Shown here: piece after piece, positions 14,460 through 26,425 of the stretch
Layout of the letters: each line of letters begins with the position of its first letter
Numbering within the stretch: position 1 is the first letter of the stretch
Assembly (NCBI GenBank): GCA_053919585.1
Contig: CM132796.1
DNA from: Euprymna scolopes
Taxonomy: Eukaryota
Reading direction: 5' to 3' (one strand)
DNA: 64,000 nucleotides
Notes under the pieces: model-generated
The model's database searches: none
Seen by the model: the letters and a program-made list of their open reading frames with translations, nothing else
What the model was told of the DNA's origin: nothing
Program-made: the position numbers and the translations under genes

Positions 14460-14990
14460 AACAGCTCATCAAGAACTTGTTTACGTTGGACATGAAGTGG
14501 TTTAACCAGTCCACATTGTGAACATTGAAGTCTGCACATATGTTAATGGTAGCTGATTGAGAAACAGAGAGGATGTGGTCAATTTTCTCAGATATGCTTT
14601 TAAAGATAGCCACTCCGCTGTCGTGTGGGCGATAGAGAGTATATATAAACGCAGTACTGTGAGCAAGTGCCACCTGGAATCACATACAGGGTAAGTTAGG
14701 ATCTTCTCGGGATATTTCCCTAGCACATGGAACTCCATGTTTATATTCCATGCCCATGGCGAACTTGGGTGTAAGATTTAGAAGTTAAGTTAGAGTATCA
14801 TTTAATTACGAACTCATCTGCCCAATGAGAGTTTCGCTTAGGAATAATAGGTCTGTTAGCATCCTCTAATTCAGGTTTCAAACTCTGGAAGGTTAGAAAG
14901 TGGACCACTGATATTAGAAATGAAGACATGGTAGTGGGGTTCAAGGGTGAATGTTGGAAATCGTGTATTTTTTCTTTAAACTGGTCATGG
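14460..14990 (-). mobile_element. LINE apurinic-like endonuclease fragment (CR1/L2 group); possible 5' UTR extends to ~15700
   Basis: LYRPHD..INICADFNVHNVDWL (GDFN-like motif); homologous to 58300-58670. Confidence 0.75.
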
Positions 14991-16210
14991 TGATTTATTG
15001 GGATTTGGCGAATAGTTCGACAGACTTGCTTAGAGCAGGGCAGAAAGGGAAAGTAAGAGAGAAATAGAAATGAAGAAAGGTATATTTTTCTAGCACATGA
15101 TTAGGTAAAGTAACAATTATCCATTAATATGGCATCAATACTCCCACCAGACGTTACCGCATGGTTCAGATTACATTTACCAAATGGCAATGCAATATCC
15201 CCAGTACAACACCTGCTGATAAGACAGGCTTCTTAGAAGTTAATCCAAGGTTAGGACCCCGGACTAGCATGCAAATTACGTCAACACTGATAAAACTTTT
15301 ACCTCGAGTACCCTTACTAGTGAGATGGCTACAAAGATAGATATAGGCACGAAACATGTCCGACATCTTTTGCGAGCGTTCGTACACAATATTACTAACC
15401 GAGAATACAGTATTTTCTTCTCCCTTTGCCATAAAAAAATGAGGACTGGGGGGGGGCAAATAAAGAGAAGCGAGAGTAACGTGAGCTGCCGTTATCGCAT
15501 CCACGATGCATTCTCTAGTCTACTTAGATGGTCAGACTAATAACAACCTTTTAACCATAAAACGTAACTCTCAGCGGGAAACAGGACAAGCAGAAACTCC
15601 ATGCCCCATACAGTAGAATACCGCAGATTCATGGGAGCCTTCCAATGTAATAATTTCCCCCACAACTTCTACGTCTGTACTAATATGCAGAAGTTCAAGA
15701 GTAATGTCAACGGGCATCTCGCTGCTCAACTTCCAACATAGTAGCAATATATCTTTCAGACATCAAAATATATGATGTCTTGTTTTTTGGTTAACATTCA
15801 ATGATACAAATAAACATCGCATTCGAATTAGTTTCGTGAATAGTTATTAGCTTAGCTATTCGTTTGAATGCTCTTTTCACAATGCTTATTCACAGCATCA
15901 ACTAAAGATATGATATTATAAATCAGATAATTGTAAGCGACCAGCGAGTCAGACTATCCAGATCCAACAGTGTTGATACGAAAATCCTGAATGCAACATG
16001 TAAGTGTAATAATGGGTATTAATATATCCCAGACAATCTAAATACATATAATAGAATGTAGTGTGAGGAAACAAATGGAGTAGGTCGATCAAGTTACAGA
16101 TGAGTTTATTATTATTTATGTACATGTGTATTCTCCATGATAATTTTCCCAGAGGTATGGAGGACCATAATATATATTTGCAAGAATATCTTATATATTT
16201 TATGTACATA

Positions 16211-17253
16211 CTAGCGGGGGTACCCGGCGCTGCCCTGGTTTTTAGAGGTATGTGTGGTTGCGGGTGTTGCAAAATTAAAACAATGCGTAATGACCCTGTT
16301 TAAATATTATAAAAATCAAACAATGTTAAAAATATTTTTAAAAAATCGTGTAAGAAAACAATTTTAAAAATGAGCGTGATGAAATCCGTACGGTGTGACG
16401 ATGCCCGTGTCTTTGAAAAATCCCAAAAATTGTTGGAAAGCAGGGGGGGGCTCGAATCTTTAAGGCGGAAGCGCCAAAAAACGTGATGAATTAACTACAA
16501 AGGGAATTAGGGCAAATATCAATTCAGCAGTGAATTTGTTTTGGTTTAGTTTCAGTAGTCACACCAGACTCTAATTCAAAATGAATGTTTTTCTTTTCTC
16601 GATTTCTAACTGAATTTATTTGTTTTAATTTTAATGTAAGTGTAATGAAAGTGATATTACAATATCGTTTCGTTGTAATCGTTGTGTAAAAAAATGTTCA
16701 GTTGAAAGTACTAATCAATAAATTTCATAGTTAGATTTCACGGTTAGAGTCGTTAAAACGGGAAGAAAAATCCGGTTAGTCTCGCAGATTGCGTCTTACA
16801 CTAACGACAAAAAACAAAAAGAAAACAATAATAGTAATCGCGTTTTCGCGACTTTGTGTTATTTTTTTCAGTACTATATTTATATGGAAAAAACAGAAAG
16901 CATAAATCAGGGTAAAAAGATTTAAAACAAACGGCATAAGTAACCGGTATGTTTCCTAGTACTGTTCCTTGTGAACGAATCCGCTGCGGTGTAAATGGAA
17001 AGACAGAAAAAAGGAATCTAATAGAGAGAACATTTGTTGCAATTTCCTTTGAATCTAAGCGATTTGGGCAGTTACTCCCACCGGAAAAAATATAGGAATG
17101 CACCACTGTAGAAGAACTGTAGAGGTAATAGGCATAGAGTTCAACTCAGATAATGTGCTACAGTCTGTACGCATTACATTTGCATTTAATGTCATGAGTT
17201 TTAATCCTGGTCAAATTCGGAGGGAAAACATGAATTCAATTTATTTATATAGA
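16211..17253 (-). mobile_element. Non-autonomous Helitron-like element
   Basis: Minus strand starts A|TCTATATAAATAAA and ends with GC-rich hairpin (CCAGGGCAGCGCCGGG) then CTAG|T; A/T insertion site, no TSD. Confidence 0.65.
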
Positions 17254-17275
17254 TAGAAGATAGAACAGGAGAATA

Positions 17276-17322
<47 letters not shown>

Positions 17323-17325
<3 letters not shown>

Positions 17326-17592
17326 ATTTATAAAATATATATAGCGATTAAGCTACACTGAATATTCCGCATTTCATCCACTCTAGGACTCATCAGGCCT
17401 ATGCGCATATGCCTGAAGAGTCCTAGAATGGAGGTTTTCAAAATGTGTATGACATTAAGTCTACTCAGGATATTCTGCGTTTAATATTTGTGAAAATTCG
17501 TCTGGGATAAGACAGACGATCTTTTTATGAGCCTGAAACACTGCATTTTCTGTCTAGCTTAGTTGGCATATATATATTTTCCTAACTTACTA
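17323..17592. repeat. Inverted duplication with two opposed hammerhead-like cores (Penelope pLTR type), right arm interrupted by a ~100-bp insert
   Basis: Minus CTGATGA-GTCC-TAGAGT-GGAT-GAAA (~17372-17396); plus CTGAAGA-GTCC-TAGAAT-GGA[insert ~17433-17534]TGAAAC; outer arms also complementary. Confidence 0.6.
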
Positions 17593-17722
17593 GTTTGCAG
17601 TTGTATTGAGCACTGTTTAAGTAAATACTGAAAATTATCTCATAACAATATATCTTTCAATATATATTGATATGATGAAATTAAATTAAAATAATCATAA
17701 CATAATAATGATAATCATTATT

Positions 17723-17755
<33 letters not shown>

Positions 17756-17867
17756 GTATATATATTAATAATTATTACCATTATTTTATTATGATTATTT
17801 TTATTTAATTTCATCACATCAATATATATTGAAAGATATATTTTTATGAAATAATTTTCAGTATATG

Positions 17868-17915
<48 letters not shown>

Positions 17916-17969
17916 GAGAGAGAGAGTGAGAGAGAGAGAGCATACATTTTTAGAAATATTATTAGTTTA

Positions 17970-18085
17970 AATACGGCATTATCGCCTTGACATATCGGTT
18001 CTCGTCAGATCACCGAAGTTAAGCGACGTGGAGCCTAGTTAGTATCAGATGGATGAAATATGGGAATTCTTGGCCCTGTATGAGC
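17970..18085 (+). pseudogene. 5S rRNA-derived pseudogene or SINE3 head
   Basis: tacggc..cggttctcgtcagatcaccgaagttaagcgacgt..gttagta..gatgg..tgggaat..ctgta is collinear with invertebrate 5S rRNA; followed by a GC-richer body to ~18400. Confidence 0.8.
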
Positions 18086-18631
18086 TCTTCGCTTTTCTTG
18101 GTATTTTCTTCCTATCATACTGTACACATACTTTCCTTGCCACTGCCACTTACCATGTCGACTCAGGAGAGGTGTGGTTGAAGAGTGCGCGCCTCCGCCG
18201 AATAGACTTTTACGCGCAGGCACCGATCCGTGGAATCCATGGCCTGCCAAAGACTGAAGGAGTCATATAAGTTACATAGCTGCCTATATGTTTCAAATGA
18301 ATCCTAATTTGAAAAGATCACCTCATCGATCTTATAAAGGGATTGCTCCTGCAAAAGAGCATCAAGATTCCATTTAGTATAAAATGTGTTTGTATTTATT
18401 TAACGCATTGAAAGTAAAAAGGATTACAGTTTCTGGATGTGGACAGTCGAAGTTTTAGAATGGAGTTGGTGTGGAGATTAAATTTGAGGAGTGCGGAAAG
18501 AAGAGACAGTGCACTCCTATGTGGTCATGCTGTCGAAGTTGGGAGGTATTCGTTTGATTTTAACTTACAGTTCTGTATTGACATAATATTTTGCCCTGAT
18601 TTGATATAATATTGAACCGATATCGCTGTAG

Positions 18632-18716
18632 CTTTCAAATCCATTTCAAAGATTATTTCGATCGCAAATACAAATAAAGTTATATTTTTTTTAAGTGCAC
18701 GGGGACTTGATGGACA

Positions 18717-18784
<68 letters not shown>

Positions 18785-18869
18785 TGTCCATCAAGTCCCC
18801 GTGCACTTAAAAAAAATATAACTTTATTTGTATTTGCGATCGAAATAATCTTTGAAATGGATTTGAAAG
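18632..18869. repeat. Perfect 238-bp palindrome: two 87-bp transposon TIRs around (AT)32
   Basis: 18632-18718 is the exact reverse complement of 18783-18869. Confidence 0.95.
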
Positions 18870-19790
18870 AAGTAAATCTATATTAAGCTTTTATTGAAAT
18901 TCTATTTTACTTTCCACATACCCTCCATCATTAGCAATACAAAGGGTAATACGAGGTTGCAGTTCACGAAAAACATTTGCCAAATGATTTATAGTAATGC
19001 ATGAAATCACATTAGTTATTCTAGCTTTCAAAGCTTTCAATGAACTAGGTTTGGTCGCATACACAATTATTTTCACATGTCCCCATGCAAAAAATCTAAT
19101 GAAGTAAAATCTGGCGACAGTGGGGGCTAATTACATGATCCACTCCTTCCGATCTATATGTTAGGAAATTCCTGATTTAGAAATTCTCTAACACGCCGAG
19201 CAAAGTATCAAGGAGCTCCATCTGGTTGAAACACTGTTTAATTGTTCAAGTTGCGGAATAAAGTAATTATGCAACATGTCTAAGTAGCTGTAACTGTTAA
19301 TAACACGATCCTAAAAAATATGGCGCTATGAGTCGATGTATTCCCAACGCACACCACACATTAACTTTCATGTTCAACAGTTTTATTTGGGTTTTCAGTT
19401 TCCCAAATTCGGCAATTATGCCTGTCGCCCTTGCCAGAACAGTAAATTACTCACAAATGCATCATCAGTGCGAAGTTTTTCATTGAACTGGTGACAGAAA
19501 GGTAGTCGTGCATAATAATCCTCTTCTAACAATTGTTGATGTAATTGAATTTTGTAAGCATTCATATGAAGTTTTGCCCGCAGAATCTTATGCACAGTTG
19601 ACTTTGGCACCCCGAGCTCCAATGACGCCCGTCTTACAGACTTTCTTGGAATTGCAGTAAAGGATTCATCTATGGAAGCAACACTTTCGTCACTGACACA
19701 TGCCCTTCCAGACCGTGATTTATCATGGGCAGATCCGGTCTCTTTACATGTGTTCATCCATTTCATACATGTATTCGTAAAATTAACTAG
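18783..19790 (-). mobile_element. Tc1/mariner-superfamily transposon relic (DUF4817-type transposase pseudogene) with 3' TIR
   Basis: ETGS..KSRSGR..PRKSVRRASLELGVPKSTVHKIL, FQPDGAP, PPLSPDFTSLDF, VY..P.SL..LK.RI and CI..DGG.VE; stops and frameshifts. Confidence 0.9.
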
Positions 19791-21429
19791 TATATCTCTA
19801 GGGTTTTCTCAAAATACCCAGGTATATGTTTTAATTTATTTATTTATTTTCGACAATTCCTTGATGGTTTCCATTTCTTTGTACGTATTAAAACAAATTG
19901 TATTTTAAAATTTGCTGTAAATAAATTAGAAGTTTTATATGTCTGCAAAGAGTAACGATGTGTTCCTATCATCCACGTTTATACGCATCAATTATGTTGT
20001 ATAATACTTTTATATGGATGATGTATTTATTGTTTGTATTCAGTTTAATGTTTCGTTGTCATATTCCACATAATTCGAATAATGTAATCTCCGACATTCT
20101 ACTTATACAAATGAATCGAGCAGATCTTAAATTATCTTAGAAATGTACGTGAAATGTATTCAGATGGTACTATAAGTATGATCATACAGATAATATAATT
20201 TACACATTATTAGAATAATCTTACTATCTTATGATAAACAAGGGTTTCTGGAGGTGATATTTTTATTATTTTATCATTCTTTCAAGTCAAGATTTTATAA
20301 TATTTTGTATTCAGGTAGGGGCGTGTATAATCTACTAATTCGGAACCACTATTGTCATTTACCTACTTTATGCACAAGTATTCTTAGCACGCAATTCACA
20401 TCCGTGACCGTAAAAAAATTGTCAATCACTACTAAAAAGTAATCAAGATGTTCACAGTTTCAATCATCCTTTCCGTTAATTACATCAGGGATTTACAAAA
20501 CTAGTGATTAATCCGGCCAATTAAAATAAGTTATGTTATTTAATGTAATATAGATTATAGCATTTAATTAACAACGTGGGATCTTATGCACCTGCATTTT
20601 TATTTATTCAAGTCTATGCATATTTTATGTTGATTGAATCGGGTATATTTACATCTGTTTCGAAATTTCTATATTGATTAGACGGGAAATACTGGTGCAC
20701 AGTATAATTTTTCTTGTTATCATTATTGTAATATCCATTGCAACAATCCAATGTCCACTGTTACATAGACTGCAGGGATCATACGAATGACGATCTTATT
20801 AATTTGACAGAAATACAAATATAATGATATAGTATACTTTTAACATTTTTATGCAAAACTGCTGTTCCAAATTAGATATAGGATGCCCGACTGCTACACG
20901 TCTGTATATTATCATTTATATGACTTTTTTTTTATTAAATGTAATTATGATTGAGTATTTCTGAATATGATAAGAAAAATGTTATACTAAATTAAAGTAA
21001 GTAATTCATAATGAATATTTAATGACTTTTTTGTTATGTGTAAGGCAAGAATGGATTACCAATATTTTAGTTTGCATTTTTATCACTAAATTCGAAGACA
21101 CAAATATTGATTTTTCTATTGTCTACAATATCTTAATCAGCCCTATTCAATAGCCTACGTTTTTTATGATGTAATCATATCCCAATTTACAGTATCGACC
21201 GTATTATTTTTGATACGCGATAATTCACACATATTATATATATGTGTATATATATATGTGTGTCTGTATGTATATACATATGTGTGTATGTATAAACAAT
21301 ATGCGTGTACGTATATACGATAGACTACCATTCAATTTTTCGATCCTTGAAAGATAACACAAAATGTTAGAAATTAAACGTGATTTTGATCGTATAATGC
21401 TTTTTGTTGTATTCAGAATAAAAAAATGC

Positions 21430-21900
21430 GGAGAATCATCAAACACAATAAAATTAAAAATGAGAATACAGGGAACTAGCAAAACAGAAATCTTACCCAG
21501 CAAATACAAACTATTTTTTCAATCAGGACGAGAAGAGTAAAACGTAATAAATAAGTAACTATATAAAAGTACGGAAGCTTCCAAATTAATATTTGCAGCA
21601 CAAATTAGAAAACGTAAGACCATTAAAGTACTGGCTTCTATTAGATCTCGATATAAAAAAATGAATTAAGTTAGCATTTACATCAACACATCAGTTCATT
21701 AGGCTGCCTCGGAGAATACTAAATAAAAATAAGGAGGAATCAAGAGTGATGGTAAAAGCATGTTCCTATAAACCTTTATTTTTTTCTAGAAAATACAAAG
21801 ACTCCTTAAATAATTTTTACACCTCGCCTACATCGTCTGTGGTTAGATATTTTAGGGGTAATATAAGTATGCTGTCATCACGTTAAAGTGTGATAGGCTT
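21430..21900 (+). mobile_element. Decayed RTE-like LINE 3' remnant
   Basis: SKTEIL, RRIL and RLWL-like fragments in the expected order. Confidence 0.25.
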
Positions 21901-22087
21901 TCACCGAGAAGAAAAGGCAAAATTTTACATAATAACGAATACAAAGTTATACGAATATCGACATATACACATAAATATAATAATGCCGGATAATTCATTT
22001 ATAAAAATATCTAGCTAATCAATTATGGAAAGAAACAAACATAAAAATGATAATAATCAGTCATTTTTGTGACCATTGTATCTATAG

Positions 22088-22121
<34 letters not shown>

Positions 22122-22374
22122 CTTAATTAGGCGGGAAACATATTTACACTATTGTTATACAAGATATACATTGATCAATTTATTTGTTTAGACGCAAATT
22201 TTAACAAGCTCATACATAAAATCAGAAATGTAGATTACTCACTGCAGGTGTAAATCTGATTCTTATAAAAATACACATGTACATAAACATAATAATAAGT
22301 TGTGCTTTCTACCCATGAAAAATATGAAGGCATACATGTATGCAAACATTCATAATGATTGTTTAATTACCGTG

Positions 22375-22439
<65 letters not shown>

Positions 22440-22562
22440 CAAATATTATTGAATAGCACAGGATTTTTCTGTTTTACAATTTTCCTTTTTATCTTCTCCA
22501 ATCACCGAATAATCCTTTTAGTGTTCTTTTTGTTTTCTTCTCGAACATTGTATATGTTGGAT

Positions 22563-22620
22563 CCATAATCGCGAGCGCTTTCGACAGAAGTAATTCTATC
22601 ATCCTCAGGCATATTGTAGA
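22563..22620 (-). ncRNA. Minimal type I hammerhead ribozyme (Penelope type)
   Basis: CTGAGGA-T-GATAGAA-TTAC-TTCTGTC-GAAA-GCGC-TC: intact core, 7-bp stem II, palindromic GCGC loop, CUC triplet; stem I weak. Confidence 0.65.
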
Positions 22621-22689
22621 AATAAATGTAGACATTTTTTTTTAATTCACTCATATATACATTTTTTGCTAGTCACGTGGTGGCTTGTT

Positions 22690-23920
22690 ACAAGTTAGGT
22701 GGGCAGATTTTTCTTTTAACATCTATATGCACATTTATGTATACAAACACAAANNNNNNNNNNNNNNNNNNNNNNNNNNNNNNNNNNNNNNNNNNNNNNN
22801 NNNNNNNNNNNNNNNNNNNNNNNNNNNNNNNNNNNNNNNNNNNNNNNNNNNNNNNNNNNNNNNNNNNNNNNNNNNNNNNNNNNNNACTAAATATCGGTTA
22901 ATTAATTTCGGCATGCATGTTGAGTCTTAATGTTTTCAAAATATATACAATTAGGAAATCCATAAAGATTTGTCCTTTATGATTAAGTGTAGTTCACACA
23001 AACATGTAAACATACATACATAGAAAACGTATTTAGCCCCTTAGTTTAGGACTGAATCTGTTTCGTATTAATATATTAGTCTATTTCAATACAGAAATAA
23101 AAATTATCCGTTTATTAAGGTCGGCGCTAATCTTATCCAGAAATACACACACATACATACATACAAAAAAAAAAATCAAAATGACGCTTAATGAATTTAG
23201 GCGCGATACATTGCTATATAAAATATATTTATATTAACCTAAACAGGTACTTAATCTTTGTAATGATCGGTGTGTGAGTTCAAGCGTGTATTATCTTTAT
23301 TGAAATACAAAAATTTTATTTTTTTAAATTTTAGTTAAGACATGTGTTCTGCCAATACAAGTATATTAGAAATGCACCCAAAAATGTATAATGATCGGTT
23401 AAACAGTTTACACGGAGATTCTTTCAGTGCAAACATATGATTATATACACATACAAAATATTCGTAATTACGGGTATAGTGGTGCAGATTGGACTTTTTC
23501 TTACATAGAAATACATAAACATATAAATGACCATGATATGTATAATTTATATGTTTATAAGTTTATGTGCAAATTTTATACTTACAAATCCAAAAACATA
23601 TGCATAAAATATCATAATTATCGTTTAATTAGATAAGGTTTGCATTAACTCCATCCCAATATAGACGTGTAGTTATACAAAAACTTTTAATGAGAGGTTA
23701 ATGAGTTCATGTTGGGGCCATATCTATACAAACACGTAAACATAACAGAAAATATTTAGCATGAGAGCTTAATTAGTTTAGGGGTGAATCTAATCAGGAA
23801 AAATACATAAACATACCCTTACAAAAAATCCATAATGAATACTTAATTAGTTTTAGCACCAATTTTATGTATATAAATATATTAACATATTGCACTTAAT
23901 TTGTAGTTGTTCAATGTGTC
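22690..23920. repeat. Degenerate local duplication / old tandem repeat
   Basis: 22990-23280 resembles 23720-23920; recurring cttaattagtttagg-like motif. Confidence 0.45.
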
Positions 23921-24229
23921 TTTTTGCTAGTCGTCAAGCTGAGTGTTTTGTGTTGGCTGTGTGCTTGTGCGTTATATCGTCATAAATAAGTGTATCACAC
24001 TTCGCGACGAACGAGTCTGTAGCGAGTTGCGATTGTCTCTCTCCTTCTTTGTAGGCAGAAACTGGTTGGTTCTTCGCAGAGAGATTGAACTATTGCATCA
24101 CTAATATTGCTCAACTACAAGCACTCGCCCAGAATTATTGTTGGTATAACAAAAGCTCACAAAGTTACCTGAGTATATAGTGGAAAGAGAGTGCAAATTT
24201 AAGTACGGTAATTTATTGAAATGTTCTTG

Positions 24230-24815
24230 ACATAGTGAACCGTCCTCCCTGTTCCTGTTTTATAAAGGTGGACTGATGTTCAGGTGTTGTGTGTATATTG
24301 TAGGTGAGTATAAAGTAATGAAGCTGGGGGTGCTGTGTGCGTCGAACACGGCTGTATAGTAATACATATGCGCTTCCTTAAGTCCGGCTATGGAACGTGT
24401 TTCGGTGCAACTATTCATACAAGCTTAGTTGTTTTTTTCTTCGTGCAAAATCTTTAAATGGTCAAAGATGGAGACAGTTGGGTTGTCCACAACCGCATTA
24501 GTTCGGATAAATACATGTGTCTATCTAGCCATGTCTCGAATTATTTCCGCTGAGATCGTTTGTTGACGAGAAGATGAGGAGGGTACTTTGGCAAATATAC
24601 CGAAGTCATGAGACTTACGACGAGATATGCATGCTGTAATCAGGCGTGGCATATTAAGCAAGCCAAGAGTAGCGTTAAGGATGAGTAGAAACATAAGTTA
24701 ATCAGTAGATGCAAGCAATGCGGCACCAAATTGCTTATGACAGTGCTCCACCATCCCAATCGAAGCTGGAAAATAACTGGTTGTATGAATATGCAGAGTA
24801 TCTAAGATTGTGTAT
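24230..24815 (-). mobile_element. Gypsy LTR retrotransposon integrase C-terminal relic
   Basis: HIHTTSYFPASIGMVEHCHKQFGAAL (~TTAYHPQANGMVER), THVFIR, PFK and SIAGLKEAH (~SIDRLKPAY); possible LTR remnant to ~23930. Confidence 0.75.
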
Positions 24816-26139
24816 CCCTCTCCCTTTGTAACTCAGAACCTTCACTGTTCTCGTCATAGGATAAAAATATTACAGCCAACTATTTCTCCCTATACAGTAT
24901 ACACAAACTTAAACTCATAATAAGCGGACATTTTGGTTAGAGGCTTATCTCAATCATATTAATATATACATTTTTACACCAATAATAACAGTCAGAGTAT
25001 GAATTATGCCGTAAATTACATCTATAAAATTATATGATATATACAATTTATTGTATAATTACCGGAGTATTTGTTGAAAGATCATCAATTGAAATATATA
25101 AAGATATAAATATACGAAATAAATGCATTGTATTTGGCTAAAAAAAATCATCTAATCGCCAATCACATCCGCATATTATACACATGAAAAAATCATAATA
25201 ATTTACACAATTCATAATAATCTGTTAATTGATTTTGGTCCGACTATTATCATTACAAATATATAAGAATATATCCATGGGAAACAAAAACAAACCTTAC
25301 ATATAGCTCAATATACGAAGCTTTAGATGAATTTATTTATTAGTTTAGGCAAATAAATTATGCCTGCAGATATAGTAACATTTACATATAGAAAAACAAA
25401 TAATGATCATTATTACTCGTCGCGAATCTAGTTTCTCAAAATTATAAACACATAAACCAACATAACACTCAGAAGGCCTCATTTAAACACAGTACCAACG
25501 ATATACACATTGTTTTACAATTTTCCTTCACAATTTCCTCCTAGTATTATTATAAGATATATGCCAGCAAAGGAATTTTGTAATCTGGAAACACGGTTCT
25601 AACTTCGCAGCCGGGATGATCTTATTTATACACACATACGCACTCATGCAGGCACACGAACATACAAGTTGGCTGTAATAATTACCCAGATTTTTAAGTA
25701 CAAACGTTCATAATGTTTCTGATTGCAATTTCAATCGACAATAATAGCAAAACTTTAAATACAACCCTACTAAAGCCCAGTTCTCAAACGTGGTGAATCT
25801 AACCAACACCAATAAGATGTGAAGAATTCTAGAAAATGATATGCAATAAAATTTGTTTTAAACTTCAGAAAAAAAGAAACTCCACAAAACTGTTTGGAAT
25901 ATTTTACAGTGCTGTTGTAGGGACTCAGCTTCCGTTTTTTAGTCATAATGATATGTGTAAAAAGTGTAAGGATTTACAAAACGCGAGAGTTGATTGGCTA
26001 AATATAGAATTTAAAAGATAAAGAGGGGTGTGTGCATATAAACTCAATGGGTGCACACTGTGTTGTTGGCCAGAAAGTGAAGATGCTGCTGATTTTCGCG
26101 GATTGCTCCTTGAGTACCCAGGAGAGATCACAAACGATG

Positions 26140-26425
26140 TGACCAAGAAAAACATCAAGACAGTGCCATACCCTTCATATAGCACAGGCGTTGCTGTTTG
26201 TAACTTTTCATTATTCCCCAAGCATGAAAGACTGTCGTTATTATATAATTGAAAGATCAAGTGGATGTGACGAGTCATTGACACGCTCATTTAAAAAGAC
26301 TTCCAGGATTTGTTGGAAATGCATCACAAGTGCATGGCAGGCAGAGAAAAATATATCGAAGAGAAGTAGAGTTTTATGTATGCACTAGCAATGAATATAC
26401 TTATATAAAAAGTTTGGAAAACTGC
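26140..26425 (+). mobile_element. Mariner transposase C-terminal relic
   Basis: IKTVPYPSYSTGVAVCNFSLFPK (~HPPYSPDLAPCDFWLFPK), then CRY, VIDTL and KC....KYIE. Confidence 0.75.

Noticed and set aside
18525-18886. Two ORFs with identical N-termini on opposite strands
   Set aside because: A by-product of the palindrome, not genes
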